Positions 1 through 13,456 of a stretch of 64,000 nucleotides of DNA are shown one piece after another. Position 1 is the stretch's first letter, and every line of letters starts with the position of its first letter. The notes below the pieces were generated by a model. The model worked only from the letters and a program-made list of their open reading frames with translations. It was not told the origin of the DNA and made no database searches. The translations under genes and the position numbers were made by a program. Source of the DNA: the human T2T-CHM13v2.0 reference genome, Homo sapiens; NCBI RefSeq assembly GCF_009914755.1, contig NC_060927.1; one strand, given 5' to 3'.

Positions 1-939
1 TTTGTCATCACAAGACAATGTTTTATCCTTACATATATGTGTGTGTGCATATTCATGCTTTTTATTCACTGGCCCACTACTGTTATTATCCATTTTGGAA
101 TATGACAGCTCAAAAGGTGGTAACTACTTTCTATTTGCTTTATGTTCTGTCTCACATCTCAGTTTAGATGTATTCCTATAAAAGAATGGTAAATCTAGTA
201 GGTATATAATTCCCAAGAGCATATAATGCCTAATTTGAACACTAAAGAAAATCCTTTAGACACAAATCCAACACATGAGGAGGTTTAAATAAAATGGGAA
301 AATGTGGAAGGACAGAATTCTCAATGAACCTATTCAGATAGAAGAGGCTTTTAGAGTCTATGTGCCTACAGCCTCTTCTGAAAAAAAAAGTACAGAACAA
401 GAGGAGAATCCCACCCTCCAGGAATAAAGGCCCAGTGGCTGTGGCTATTGCAAACAGTCACTTGATTCCTGATTGTAGGGACTTCTCCCAGATTGGCTGT
501 GGGAGTTATTGCAGCAGTGTAGGAAAGGGACAGGTTCTGAACCCAGAAAGCCCTGTGATGGACCCCTGCTTTTGCTGAGCATTTGCTATTTGGCCTTGGA
601 AAATTTACCTCCCAGTACTTCCATTTCCCATCTGCAAAATAATCTTTCCCTTGGAGTGCTGTTGCAAGTACTAGAAAGGATGAGAAATCCTTATGGATGG
701 CACAAGGGAGGCATTCGATAGATACCATCATTGTTATCACCATTATTGTGCAAGGGGGAGAGAGAATATTAGGGACTTTACTGTACCCAGGTAATAATAT
801 TCTGGGGCTATGCACACATGGCTGGGGCTTCTGGATTCTTACAAGTTGGCTGAAGCCTACAAATGGCCAATAAATCTCTGTCTCCACTCAAAGAGAAAGA
901 AAGGATCTCCCAATCCCATGACTCTGGAAATCCTTCAGA

Positions 940-1477
940 TAAAAGTTCCCTTCTTACTGACGAAGGGAACTTTGTTGGCTCACATAACTGGACAGACCAC
1001 AAAAGTGCTGATTTCAGGACCAGCTGTATTTGAAGCTTAACCTCAAACTTCAGGGGTCTCTCTCCTTCCCTTAATTCTGCTTCCCACCTTCCAGGTTGTC
1101 TCTACAGTGTGGCAAAACTTTAAAGATAAAAAGGGCTGCCAGTAGCTATATCTTCACACACTCTGCTTTCAGCAACTCCATGAAAATATTCCTTTCTAGT
1201 TGCTCCTGGAAAAGCCAGAGAGTCACACTGCTTGGACCAATTTAGCTCATATGTGCATCATTGAACCAATTCCTGGGACCAAGGCAAGGAAATTATACTG
1301 GTGGGTTTAGACATGGTTCCCACTCACAGTCCTGGGGCTAGTACTGAATTCAGCCCCGCCTAAACCATATAAACTGAGAGTGAGGTAAAGGAAGTTCTCC
1401 AAGAAAAACAGAGGCGCTATTAGCAGCAACAGAAGAAAATGGATGTTGGCAGGCTAAAACAACAAATATGCAGCATA
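940..1477 (-). mobile_element. Old MaLR solo LTR (MLT1K/J-like)
   Basis: 'aactttgttggctcacataactgg' ... 'ggatgttggcaggctaaaacaacaaatatgcagcata' resemble the reverse-strand ends of old MLT1 LTRs; boundaries approximate. Confidence 0.5.
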
Positions 1478-1511
1478 GGCTCTAAATAACATCAGTGGAA
1501 ACTATAATCAC

Positions 1512-1748
1512 CAATATTTACTAAATGTTTATTGTGTTCTGGGATAAGCACTTTTCATTAATTTCCTCACTTAATCCTCACAAAAATGATCAATGCAGAT
1601 ATTATTATAATTATCCCCACTTAAGGGATAATGAAACTGAGACACAGAAAGGCCAAGTATTAATCATTTGTCTGAGGTCATGTTGCTAGGGAACGGCAGG
1701 GTTGGGATGTGAACTTGAGCCATGGGACTTAAGAGTCCACATGTACTT
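1512..1748 (-). mobile_element. MIR SINE
   Basis: MIR core in reverse: 'ttaatcctcacaa...ttatccccac...gaaactgagacacagaaagg'. Confidence 0.7.
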
Positions 1749-1749
1749 T

Positions 1750-2118
1750 TGTGAGCTGAATAATTCCCCCAGCTCCACACCCCACCCCTACCCCCACTAA
1801 GATATCCAGGTCCAAATCCCTGGAACCTGTAAATGTTAACTCGCAGGGACTTTGCAGGTGTGATTAAGTTAAGGATCTTAAGGTGGGGGTGCTATCCTGA
1901 ATTAGCCCAATGGGCCCCAAATGTAATCACAAGTACATTTGTAAGAGGGAGCCAGAGGGAAATTTGTCAACATAGGAGAAAAGGCAGTGTGATGACAGAA
2001 GCAAAGACTGGAGTGACATACTTTGAAGATGAAGGAAGAGGCCAAGACTGGAGGAATTTAGATGGCTTGTAAAAGCTGAAAAAGGCAAGGAAGGAAACAT
2101 TCTCACTTGGAGCCTCCA
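1750..2118 (+). mobile_element. MaLR LTR, MLT1D-like (3' part missing)
   Basis: 'aatccctggaacctgtaaatgtt...gactttgcaggtgtgattaagttaaggatctt...aatgtaatcacaag'. Confidence 0.75.
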
Positions 2119-2260
2119 TAAGGAAATTTCTCTTCTGTTGTCTCCTACTCTACCCTCCCCTCCTCCTTTCTCTCCACTTCTCTCCTCTCCTCTTCCTCTC
2201 TTCTCCCCTCCAGATCTCCCAGCACTGCTTGCATATGGCTCCCCAAATGGCAACCCCATC

Positions 2261-2836
2261 TGTGTTAGGCGGAATTCTAAAGTGACACCCAAAACTCCCA
2301 GCTCCTGGTGCATGGGCCTTGCATAATCCCCAGGACTATGAATACCATGGATTTCCCTGCCATGATTCAGTTATATTGTATGGTAATTTCTCCTTAAGAA
2401 AAGGGGTTTAGGCTTAAGAAAAGCCCTTAAAAGAGTCTGGGCTCTCCCTGAGAAAAAAGGTGAAAAGCATGAAAAGAATTCAATGGAGGAAGATTCTCCA
2501 TTACTGTCTTCAGAGAGGAAGGACAAGGATTGCAAGTGGCCTCTAGGAACTAAGAACAGCACCAGTCAACAACCAGCAAGAAAATGAGAATGTCAGCCCT
2601 ACAACGACAAACACACAAAATTGAATTTGGCTAACAACCTGAGAGAGCTTAAAAAAGAATTCTTCCCCAGAACCCTGATAAAGGCGCACAGATCAGCCAA
2701 TGCCCTCGTTTCAGCTTTCTGAGACCCTGGGCAGAGAATCCAGCCACACAGGGCCAGGTATTAGCTAATACGTGGGTACTGTTTTAATCTGCCAAATTTG
2801 TGGTAATTTGTTACACAATAATAGAAGACTAGTATA
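2261..2836 (+). mobile_element. MaLR solo LTR, MLT1E-like
   Basis: Starts 'tgtgttaggcggaattctaa', ends 'tttgtggtaatttgttacacaataatagaagactagtata'. Confidence 0.7.
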
Positions 2837-2910
2837 TTATTCCTGGTCTATGCAATCTCTCAATTCAAACACCCACCAACTATAGTCTTTATGTCCTTAA
2901 AGAATAGAGA

Positions 2911-3060
2911 GAGCTGGTGTGGTGGGGCATGTCTGCAGTCTCAGCTACTTATGAGGCTGAGATGGAAGGATCACTTGAGCCCAGGAGTTCAGGTCCAGAC
3001 TGGGCGACAGAGCGAGACTCTGTCTCAATAAATAAATAAATAAGTAATAAATAATTTAAA
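2911..3060 (+). mobile_element. Free left Alu monomer (FLAM-like) with (TAAA)n tail
   Basis: Single ~115-bp monomer 'ggatcacttgagcccaggagttc...gcgagactctgtctc' plus A-rich tail. Confidence 0.8.
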
Positions 3061-3103
3061 AAATTTTAAGCAAAATAAAGAGATTCATCTTGTCTCTAGT
3101 TGG

Positions 3104-3175
3104 GTCAAGGGTCCACCACTAATCTAGACAGCACTGGCTGTCAAGGGTCCACCACTGATCTAGACAGCACAGGTT
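3104..3175. repeat. 36-bp tandem duplication (2 copies)
   Basis: gtcaagggtccaccactaatctagacagcactggct / gtcaagggtccaccactgatctagacagcacaggtt. Confidence 0.92.
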
Positions 3176-3373
3176 TTCCACCACCTACACAGTAGTGGTT
3201 GTGGATATACAACCTCAGGGAAGGGGAATAGGCAAGGCAGCCAAGCTGGCTGGTGTGTTCTGCTACCCCCCTTCCAACTTGTATGTGACAGCTTCCTATT
3301 AGTGTATTTCCTGCCTTGAATTATGCACATTTTCTCTCACCTAACTAGCTCATGAGTTCATCAAAGGCAAAAA

Positions 3374-3565
3374 GGTGGTATAGTGCAGTAAGACAAACAG
3401 TATCTTAGGGGACACAAAGAGCTGGATGCAAATCGACCTATTTGCTGTGTGAGCTTAGACAAGTCACTTAACATCTCAGGATTCCTTTCCCTATTTGTGA
3501 AACAAGAGTAATATACCTACCTCACAGGGCTGCTGTGAGAATTAAATGAGATTAAATAGGTTGTG
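3374..3565 (+). mobile_element. MIR SINE
   Basis: 'gctgtgtgagcttagacaagtcacttaac...tacctacctcacagggctgctgtgagaattaaatgag'. Confidence 0.75.
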
Positions 3566-3839
3566 CCCTTTGTGAGTCTTTGATAAATATCAATCCCCTT
3601 CTACCATTTTTAATCCATTTTCTATGTCCACCATAGCAGCTGGCACAACAGTATAAGCTTATTCCTGCATCAAATCAAACAAATAAAAGCAATCCACATG
3701 CTGATGGAAAGGAGTAGGGCAACAAAAAGCACGGAAGTAGCCCAATTATTACATGAGCAAGGTGTCAACAGAGGATAGGAGTCCCCTGGATTCGAGTTGG
3801 CCAAGAAAGTAATAATGAATAACAAAATGATAGCATCAG

Positions 3840-4074
3840 GCATTAATTGGAAGCATTCTGTAATGTATGCCAGGCACTGTGCTGAGGGCTCCCTTGATGT
3901 AACTCATTTAATGGGGCAACAAGGGCCACTCATCAGTATTATCATTACTCCACTTTACACATGAGGGATAGAGATCCAGAGAGGTGAAATGATTTACCCG
4001 GGCTAGGAAAAGGCAGGGTCAAAATTCACCCCTGAGTCTATATGACTCCAAAGTCCAAAGCTTTTAACTACTAC
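3840..4074 (-). mobile_element. MIR SINE
   Basis: 'atgccaggcactgtgctgag...actttacacatgagg...tgactccaaagtcc'. Confidence 0.7.
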
Positions 4075-5238
4075 TCTTCTTTAAATCTCCATGAACATGA
4101 CATTCCTTTTTTGGAACTAAGCTTCAAGTTGTTGCAAACACCTGTACCCATGGAGACTAAAACTGAATGATAACATATAGTTCCTTTAATTGACTTCTAA
4201 ACTCTTTTCAAATATTTAAATTTCCAGGAATTTTTTTTTAATTACAGGGAGAGAAGAATATCCAAGAAAAGGATAATGGGCTTATGTCTGCCAAATCAAA
4301 AGTAGCTATTCAGAAAACTCCAGAGCAACTCCATTTCCTTGCCTAGAGGAACACTCCATTGAGGAAGTCTTCCAAACAATTTCTGCTCGATTTTTAGTTG
4401 TTTCGAAAATTAAGACAAAATGAGAAGACTGTCTTCTGTCTGCAGAAGCCAATAGTCTCTGATTTTTTTTTTTTTTTTTTTTGGTCAGGACTGAAATCTC
4501 TCCAGGGGCTAAAAATTCTGTACACTGCTTGAGGTATCAGAGAAATTCTGTGTCACCCTTGAAAAACAGCATTTCCCCCAGGAACCTGGCATCCTTATTT
4601 TTATTCCTCACCCAGACCGGGCATGGGGTCCTCACCTCTCCACTACATAGTTTCACAGCTCGCTCTGGCTGCTACAAATGCCCCAAGGTGCACTCTGATA
4701 GTTTTAATAACCTTGTCCATTCCCCATTTAAGAGTCAGCCATTATTGCTCAAGCTTTTTCAAGCCAGCTGGAAATTCACCTTGGCAAGAATTCTGTCCTT
4801 GTTGGACACTTCCCCCTGGCTTTTCAAACTTAGTAAAAGGAATTGAGACCTAGTGGGAAAAGCCCGCCTGTCGTTGCTTTCCTTCTAGATTATGTATGAA
4901 ATCTCCCACAGGGCTGCCCTGGCTCTAGGCTAATTAGACTGTTTTATTATACAACAGTATCAGGAAAAACTAAGGGCAGTTCTTTACGCCAGCCTCCAGG
5001 CCCTCGTCTCTGAGAGTCTGGAGGATCTGTAGAAATCAGAGAGCAACACACGGAGGCCTGCAATACGATTTGCTTACATGGATGTCCAGTGTGTGGTTTT
5101 GGAGCCTGGGCCCCATTTAAATAAAGTGTTAAATAAAACCAAAACATTGGATTATTAGAGTTTGTTAAGTGGTCAGCGATCCCCAATGACTATGTCTGTG
5201 AGCCAGGGTTGGACCAGAAAAGCCCCGTTATCTAGGAA

Positions 5239-5457
5239 AGTGCTATTCAAGGTGTGGTCCACCAATTATCAGAGACCAGCCCACCAGGAGGGAGGTGCAG
5301 ACATGAAGATCAGCATTTAGAAATCTCTGTAGTTATTTGACAGTACTGGGACATTTTACAAAAGTACCAGTCCACAACAGACTAGAAATATAAAAATTAA
5401 AAATGAGGTTTTTATTGGTTTAATGCTTGTTTTTTAATCAGAGTTTGAGAAGCACTG
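5239..5457 (+). mobile_element. hAT-Charlie DNA transposon fossil (Charlie4z-like)
   Basis: TIR-like ends 'agtgctattcaaggtgtggtcc' and 'agtttgagaagcactg'; related to the element near 63030-63320. Confidence 0.6.
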
Positions 5458-5639
5458 ATATAAAAGACAAACTGAAAAGAAGAAAGGAAGAGGGGTAGAA
5501 GAAAGGAGGGAGAGAAGAAAGATAAGGTAAGAGAAGTAAAAATAATAATCTTTGAATTATATAATTATTTACAACATGCAAAGTATTTATGCATATATTA
5601 TGCCACTGGGTCTGTCATCCAAGATCTTCCTTCTGTTTT

Positions 5640-6062
5640 TCAAGCACTCCAAGCACCTGTCCATCTTTTTCCTTTGTTCTCTTCTTTCCTTGGGATGTGT
5701 TCCTCTCCCCTGGCTTCCTCTGTAATTATGATCCCAGTTCACATGTTACCCCTCAGGAAGCCTTTTCTAGCCACCCAACCTAGAGTGGTCTCCCTCATCC
5801 AGGCCACCCATCTTCATCATAGGGCCATGTTTATTTTTTTTTCTTCTATGAAACTTAAAACAATCCCAAACTGTTGTGTTAATGTATTTGCTTATTGTTT
5901 CCAATCAATCTCCCCACTAGAATATGAGTTTCTTCAGAATAGGCATGCTGTCTATTTTGTTCACTTTGTAACTCTCTTGGCTAGATAGTGCCTGGCATGG
6001 GGACAAGTACATGAATGAATGAATGAATGAATGAATGAATGAATGAATGAATGATGAATGGC
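5640..6062 (+). mobile_element. L2 LINE 3' end with expanded (ATGA)n tail (6011-6060)
   Basis: 'ctccccactagaatatgagtttc...tattttgttcact...atagtgcctggca' followed by (atga)n. Confidence 0.8.
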
Positions 6063-7054
6063 TGAATATCATAGGTATCAGTGTTTCCATTTAAAATGTA
6101 AGGAAAATAAGAGTTTTAAGATTTTACCCGAAAGAATTTAAAGTCTTTCCCAAGGATGCATAGCTCCTCAGTAGAACCAGGGCTCCAAGTGAGCCTCTTG
6201 ACTCCAAAAGTACTGCTACTTCTACCTTATGACATTACCTGAGGTAGAAGTTTCTGGCGAAAGATCTATAGAGCCTTGTAATACACAACAAGAAAAGTCA
6301 CATAGGTTGCATGTAGCTACAGTCAGCTTCTGCTGTTGTAAATAAAAATCACTCTGAAATTAAGGTGAAAACAGCAAAGGCCCAGGAGATTGAGTAGGGG
6401 ATCTGTTTCCTACTGAGTTGACATCTAACCCTCGCCTACCCTCCTCCCTGCCAGCCCCCGCAAAATCCCTTAAGTGCTCTCTATAATTGTAAGACTGGTA
6501 AAAGCTAGAACTCTGGGGCCAGACACACTGGAGTCCAAATCCTTAATTCTTTTCTTACTTGGGCAATAAGTAAATTCCTACATGTCTCTCTTACTTTGCA
6601 GGGTATGTGTACAATTAAATGGGGTGACATAGGCAGGTGCCTCCAGGGATATTCAACCAAGATGAATTCCCTTTTCTTCTTCCAGTTGACATCTCTTTAA
6701 CATCAGCTAATTATACTGGTGCCAAGTGGATGGAAGAATGAGTACAAAATGAATAAGGATTTACAACCCACACAGCTTTTCAAGGTAGTTAAGGGCTTAC
6801 CACAGTTAGCTTTACCTTGTAAATGTGCTCTTTACATTTACCCCCCACCCCCCAACTAAAAAAAAAATTAGCCAGTCTATAACCTTACATGCAGTCTCAC
6901 TGCTAGGAAAATGACCTGCTAAGAAATTGATCCTTATTTATATAAAGGAGTAAATGGCTGCTTCCAATGCCAAAATACAATTATGTGAGGAAATACCGTT
7001 CTTGAAAACTCAGTCTCCACTTTATTTCTGCTTTTCTTCTCTGGCAGCTTAACA

Positions 7055-7245
7055 AGGAGAAAGATTATGAGCTTTGAAAACAGATAGGCAAGGGTTCAGA
7101 TCCCAGTCCTGCTATTTGTCTTCATACGTCTAATCTCAGTTTCTGGATCTATAAAATTGGCATAATACTTCTTACCTTGATGTATTCTTGGTAGGCCTGG
7201 AGATCCCATAGCACAGGCTATAAAAGGTGCTCAGTAAACAAGAGC
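7055..7245 (+). mobile_element. MIR SINE
   Basis: 'gggttcagatcccagtcctgcta...ctcagtttctggatctataaaattgg'. Confidence 0.65.
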
Positions 7246-8934
7246 TTTAATCCCTCCTCCAAATATTTGGTCCTAATCACGGGAGAAAATGTCTGACCAC
7301 AGAAGCCTAAAGTGAGGGGCACCATTACAATAGACCATGCCTAGAACATAGTAGGTATTCAATAAATATTTGGTGAATGAATAAAATGGAAGTGTGATTT
7401 GTTTGCAACTGTCAAAGAGGAAAAACTTTCACCTGAAAACTGGCATGGTGTCCCAGAATTTTAATTGATGACATTAGCACTTATTCACAAGGATCTACCA
7501 AGAACTAGAGCAGTTTTGTGTAAAATCTTTCTTTCGGTCGTCTTTCAGCTCCTCCCCAACTTGGTTGAAGACCCCATGATCTAAGGTCAATTGTGAGTGA
7601 TGACATGGTCTATTAGGAGTTAGGTTGAAAGTACCAAAAGTAATATGTCCATGTCCACCAAAGTGACTCTATTCTCCATGGGGGAGGAGCAGATCCCCAT
7701 GGAAGGAAGATTCCAGGCTGCCAGCCTCAAAGCCATCCGGCCTTGGTTTAGAAACACACAGTTCCTTCCAAGCAAGACCCCTTACTGCATTTGAATTTTC
7801 AACTGGGTTCAACCCTTCCTGTCAAGAAAATGATGCCTGAAATGCCATCCTGAAATTTGATAAGAGAAGGAAGAGAGTCAGGCAAAAATTGAAGGTCCTG
7901 CGAGGAACCTCCATGGTGGGGTTTGCAAAGCTATGCAGAAATTCAGATCCAGCACTTAGCAGCAGAGATGTGGTTGTCTGTCAGACATCAAGCCTGGTTT
8001 GTGAAGCTGTCAGTCGCTGCTGTGAACTACAAAGTCACAGCGTGAACTGGCCAGGACCCAGGAGGATTTCCACAAAATGAAAATCCTGATAAAGCAATGC
8101 CAGCGAGCCCAGGGAACACGGGAATTCTCAATAATCCTGGTGTTCCAGGCCTCCAAAGCCACGTCAGGGCTCCTCTCTCTTTGTCTCTCCCCAGTCCCAT
8201 GTCCTCTTTCCCCCATCCTCTGGCTCTCCCCCACCCCCCACCCACCCCACTCCCCTCTTTTATTTACCAAATTTTGCATGATTCAATACATTCTTCCTAA
8301 GTATCAAGCACAGACTGTGCCTTTCTCTCCTCCTTTCTGCCCTAGATTAGCTTCATTACAAAGTTGTGGCCTTCAGCCTCCACTGGGCCTTACATGCTCC
8401 TTGGAGTCTTTCTGCATTTCTCTGGTCAGCACTCTCCCCTCCTCCACACAGGCAACTTCATGCTCAGCAAAGCTTCTACCTGGGCATCACCCTCTTTACT
8501 GACAAAAGCTCCTCACCTCCTCCTTCACAGTGAAAATGGAAGCCATAAGGCAAGACCTCCCTCACCCATCTACTGCCCGGTTCCCCAATGTGGGATCCCC
8601 ACTATTGTGATCGCTATGGTGAGAACATTAGTGCATGCTCAGGACCCCATTCCATCCTGTGCTACCTCCTCAGGAAACCTATCCTGTGGGTCAGTCCTTC
8701 CTTCTCTCTCCAGATCTTTTCTACCAGTTCTTCTCCATCAATACTTAATATACTTCAGGTTATCCCATCTTGAAAACAAACAAGCAGACAGACAAAACCC
8801 CTCTTCTTCCTGGGCTAGCCCCTCTGGTTCTCTCTTGCCTTCCCTCAAACCTCAGACCCTCACTGTTGAAAGCAGGTGGACACTCATTGTCCCTCTCTTC
8901 TCTCTAATAAGATTAGGAATTATGGATTAAAGTA

Positions 8935-9540
<606 letters not shown>

Positions 9541-9689
9541 GATTTTTCAGAATTATCTCACTTGACCTTTTTGCCACAATTGGTGACATTTTCCCTTGTA
9601 AAACAAGTTCTTCATCCACTTGTTAGTCTCCTTCTTCTAACATCCTGATACCTATAGATGTCTCTCAGAGTTTCATGCCTCAAACTTCC

Positions 9690-10480
9690 TATTTTTACTC
9701 TTTTATATTCTCTCAGTAATCTCACCTATTCCTATGGCTTCTACAAACTGACAATGCCTAAATCTAAATCTGCACTCCCAAACTTTCTCCCAAGCTCTAG
9801 ATTAAAACATCTAACTTCCTGTAGGGCACCTCTACTAAGATGACTCTCAGGCACTTCCAACTGTCCCAAGCAGACATAATCATCTTCCCTGTGTGTCCCT
9901 GTGTGGACCATTATCACTCACCCAGTTGACCTTCCAGAAACCCAATGACACTCACTTCCTTCGCTCCCCTTCATGTCCAGTTCCAACTCTACCTCTGACA
10001 TGTGCCTCAATCCATTTGTGTATTTCCATTCCTACTGAGGCACTGCCTTGATTAACACATAATTGTCCCCTGTCTAAATTACTGTCACAAATTTCCAGCT
10101 GACGTATGTGTCACATCTCTTCTAATCTGTTCTCAACTCTGTAGCCAGGAAGAGCTGTATTTGTTTAGTTCCATTTGAGTCAGACTTTTGAAAATGCAGA
10201 AAGGTACAAAGAATGGTAAAATGAACACTCATATTCCCACTACCCAGAATTAACAGTAATGTTTCTAAAACTAAAATCTTACCATATGGCTAGTCTGTAA
10301 AATGCTCATTGGCACCTCCTTGTCCTTAGGATCAAGTTCAAATTCAGTTGCAAAGTTGATATGACTCTCCATGATTTCCAATCTCTTCTCACTCACACCT
10401 CTCAACTCAACAATGTGAAATCCAGATCACAGCCAATTATTGTGTTCCTCCCAAAATGACAGGCTCCCTCTCCCCTCCAG
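9690..10480 (+). mobile_element. L2 LINE internal relic
   Basis: Degenerate L2 3'-region phrases, e.g. 'ccaaactttctcccaagctctagatt...gactctcaggcacttccaac'. Confidence 0.55.
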
Positions 10481-13410
10481 GCCTTTCCACTTTTGAGGAG
10501 GAGGGCATAAAAGGGATGAGAAACTGCCTGAGTAAGGAACAGTGCAGAAATAAACATAAGAATGTAGTTGGCAGTCAGCCCATAGAAGTGATGTTCAGAG
10601 CAATAACTTAGATCATGCAAGTGACATCACAGAATCTTAGAATTGCTCAGAAATATATTAAAATCCAGCCCTCCTGCATCCACCACTGAACCTACCCATC
10701 ATGCCTTCAAAGAACCTATATCTGAAAAGTAGTAAAGAACATACAGTGTATGTTTTGCATGTTACGGCTTTTTAATGTACTCAAAGGAGAGTATATTATA
10801 CATGGAGACGGATGATCATAATTCTCTAAGGCTCCTGGAAGGCAGAAATCTTTCCCCTGACATCTCTCCAAGGGGGTAGAGGTGATCTTTGAATGCAAAA
10901 GGAAAGAAGGTCGGTAACTTCAATTAAGTAGTCCTTTTCATGAAGACAGAGGAAGCATCCAAAGGTTTCTGGCAATTCCTTTGTTTTATAGAGATAGTTA
11001 AAAGGAAACCAAGAAGGAAGAGAAATCTTTTCACTTCTTGTGACAGGCCTTGCCAATTGTCTTATTTTAAGGAAACACTGGTTTTTTGTTTTGCTACCCA
11101 GTTCCAGTAAATGATGCCTAGAAAATGGCACAGCCATTGTAATCCAGAATTCTCTTTAGTCTGTACTGAAGTCAGTTTCCAAAAATGCCTACACCATTCA
11201 ATGCCTGATGCTATTTGGATTAACAGAAAAATTAGTGAAATATCAGTATATTGCACAACCACACAGACAGAATTATTTATGAAATGAGTAGACAACATGA
11301 AGGAAAATGGATTGTACAAATAAGCTGCCTAATCCACAAGGTTGTAATGGAAATTGCTTCCATTTCTGTGGATGCTTTAAGATGGAAGCTTTGTTGTTTT
11401 TTTCAGAAGTCAACAGTTGTTAACTGATCACACCTCTGCTTCTACAATGATTTTTGTAAAATATGAGAAGAAAACCAAAGGAACTTATTGCTGATTTTTA
11501 AAGGTATTAATGAAAGAGAAAGAAAAGGAAATCTGTGGGTGAGTTCTTTATACGTGATGAGGGGTTTTTGTTTGGTGATTGATGGTCTTCATTACGTATG
11601 AGAACTACCCACCCCGCCCGCCATGGAAAACATTTATTCTGGAACATAACTGACTTTCCAGTAAAGTGTAATATTTTCAAAGTGTTGCCATTTCCATTAT
11701 GTAAAAAGTACATTGCCTTTTAGAACAGGTGTTTTGGAAAAATTAAACTTGTGTCAAAATGGATATTCTAATTTGTAATGGGAAGTTAACACAGATGGCT
11801 ATAATGAGGGCTGTAAACTATCTTTTAATTTATTATTTAGAACCTTATATCATTATGCACACACCCTCAAAATGTGCAACCCCTCCAAGCACAGTTCTCA
11901 GCAGATGTGCTCAAAGGTGTCAGTAATAGCTAAGTGATGATCTGAACTGCATGGCAAAGTCAATAGAAGGTTGATGGAAATGTAGATTATAATGGAACAG
12001 GCTTTTGGAAAACAATCTCCGTGTGATGTATAGGCCATGCTATTCGACGAGGGCGTGGGTGTGAGCACATAAACACACACACAGAGGAATCATTCAGAAG
12101 CACAGTAAGGAAGTCAGAGCATTGTGGGCTCATGCTTATTTCTAGAAGCATCACCCATTGGAAGGGGCTGAGTCAGTCCTTTAGATTAATATAGTGGTCA
12201 CGATTTAGTACCAACTATACAGCAGGTACCATCAGTAGTCCTTTAAAAGAATGATCTCATTTTATTCTCTCAACAGCCATATTTAGTAAATTGTAATATA
12301 CCTATTTTACAGATAATAAAAGAGAGGTGTGCTTCATCACCAAACTACCACATGACCTTGGAAAAGGCAGAAAGGTCATTTATTTATCCAAGTCATATTT
12401 GTTTCAGAAACACATTTTCCAAGTTCAATAGGAAGCAAATTTGGTTTTATGTCAGATTTGTTCATTTATTTCAAGAAATTTGTAATTGAGATACAGAGAA
12501 TAGCTTGTTTATATTTAGTTATATTCTTTCTTTGACAACAGTATGCTTTATTTGAAAAGCTGAGGATAAACATTGGGAAGAATGACATGGTACCAGGTAT
12601 TAAAGATGGATAAGGATGGCAAGAAAATAAGGCTGGAAACATTATCAGGGCCAAATCATGAAAATTCCATACACGATCTTAAGAAGGTTGGGCTTTATCC
12701 AGAGGATGATGAAGAACCTTTGAAGGACTTTCATCAGTGGCTACTTGATTTAACTCCACTTCTGTCTCCAGGATTGAGTATAGCTCCACCTCAATCTCTT
12801 GTAGCTAAAACCTTCCAGAATTTTCAACCTCATGGCATGTTAAAATTCCTAAAGCTTTTCTTCTGCAGTGAACTTCACCAGAGGAAAGGAAATTCCCAAT
12901 GTCTGTAGACTTTCCCAACCAGCCAGCATGCTCAGCCCTTCCCACCTGTTCTTTGATAGGGTAATAATTCCTATCACCCAACTCAAGGAATAGAATCCTC
13001 CTAATCCATTCAGAGCAAGAAGAAAAGATAAGAATGGCTCAGCACTTGTAGCATGAACCTGCATAACTGCCTCTGTAATATGTTTCTCCCTTTAGCCACC
13101 CCATTTACCTTTAGCTGTTTTTTCCTTGAAGCTGGAGCATTTATTTCACTCAAAGCTATTAAATGGAAGTATTCCTTAGTGACATCACTAATACTAGGCT
13201 AAATTCAAAACTGTTCCCTCTTTAAAAGTTTAAAATTACAAATCTGTTATGCCGTAATACAACCTTTAAAGTATAAACAGGCCATTTTGTAAAAAAAAAC
13301 TTAGTGTGTTCTCTACAAGTTTTTTTTTTTTCTTTTTCTCCTTTTGGACAAAGAGAAAGTTCCTAATAAGAAAATGGAAAATGCTTTTGGTATGAAATAA
13401 TCCAAAACAA

Positions 13411-13424
13411 ACACACACACACAC

Positions 13425-13456
<32 letters not shown>
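13411..13456. repeat. Compound microsatellite (AC)11(GC)4(AC)8
   Basis: Read directly. Confidence 0.97.

Noticed and set aside
366-887. 173-aa minus-strand ORF
   Set aside because: No recognisable domain, non-ATG start, no exon context; compatible with chance.
3104-3175. 36-bp repeat as a CRISPR-like array
   Set aside because: Only two abutting copies, no spacers, and a mammalian context.
4463-4482. Poly-T run as the tail of a minus-strand processed pseudogene
   Set aside because: No polyadenylation signal, TSD or coding similarity next to it.
8364-8930. 188-aa ORF, the longest in the window
   Set aside because: A Ser/Pro/Leu-rich translation of pyrimidine-rich DNA next to L2 relics; no homology recognised.
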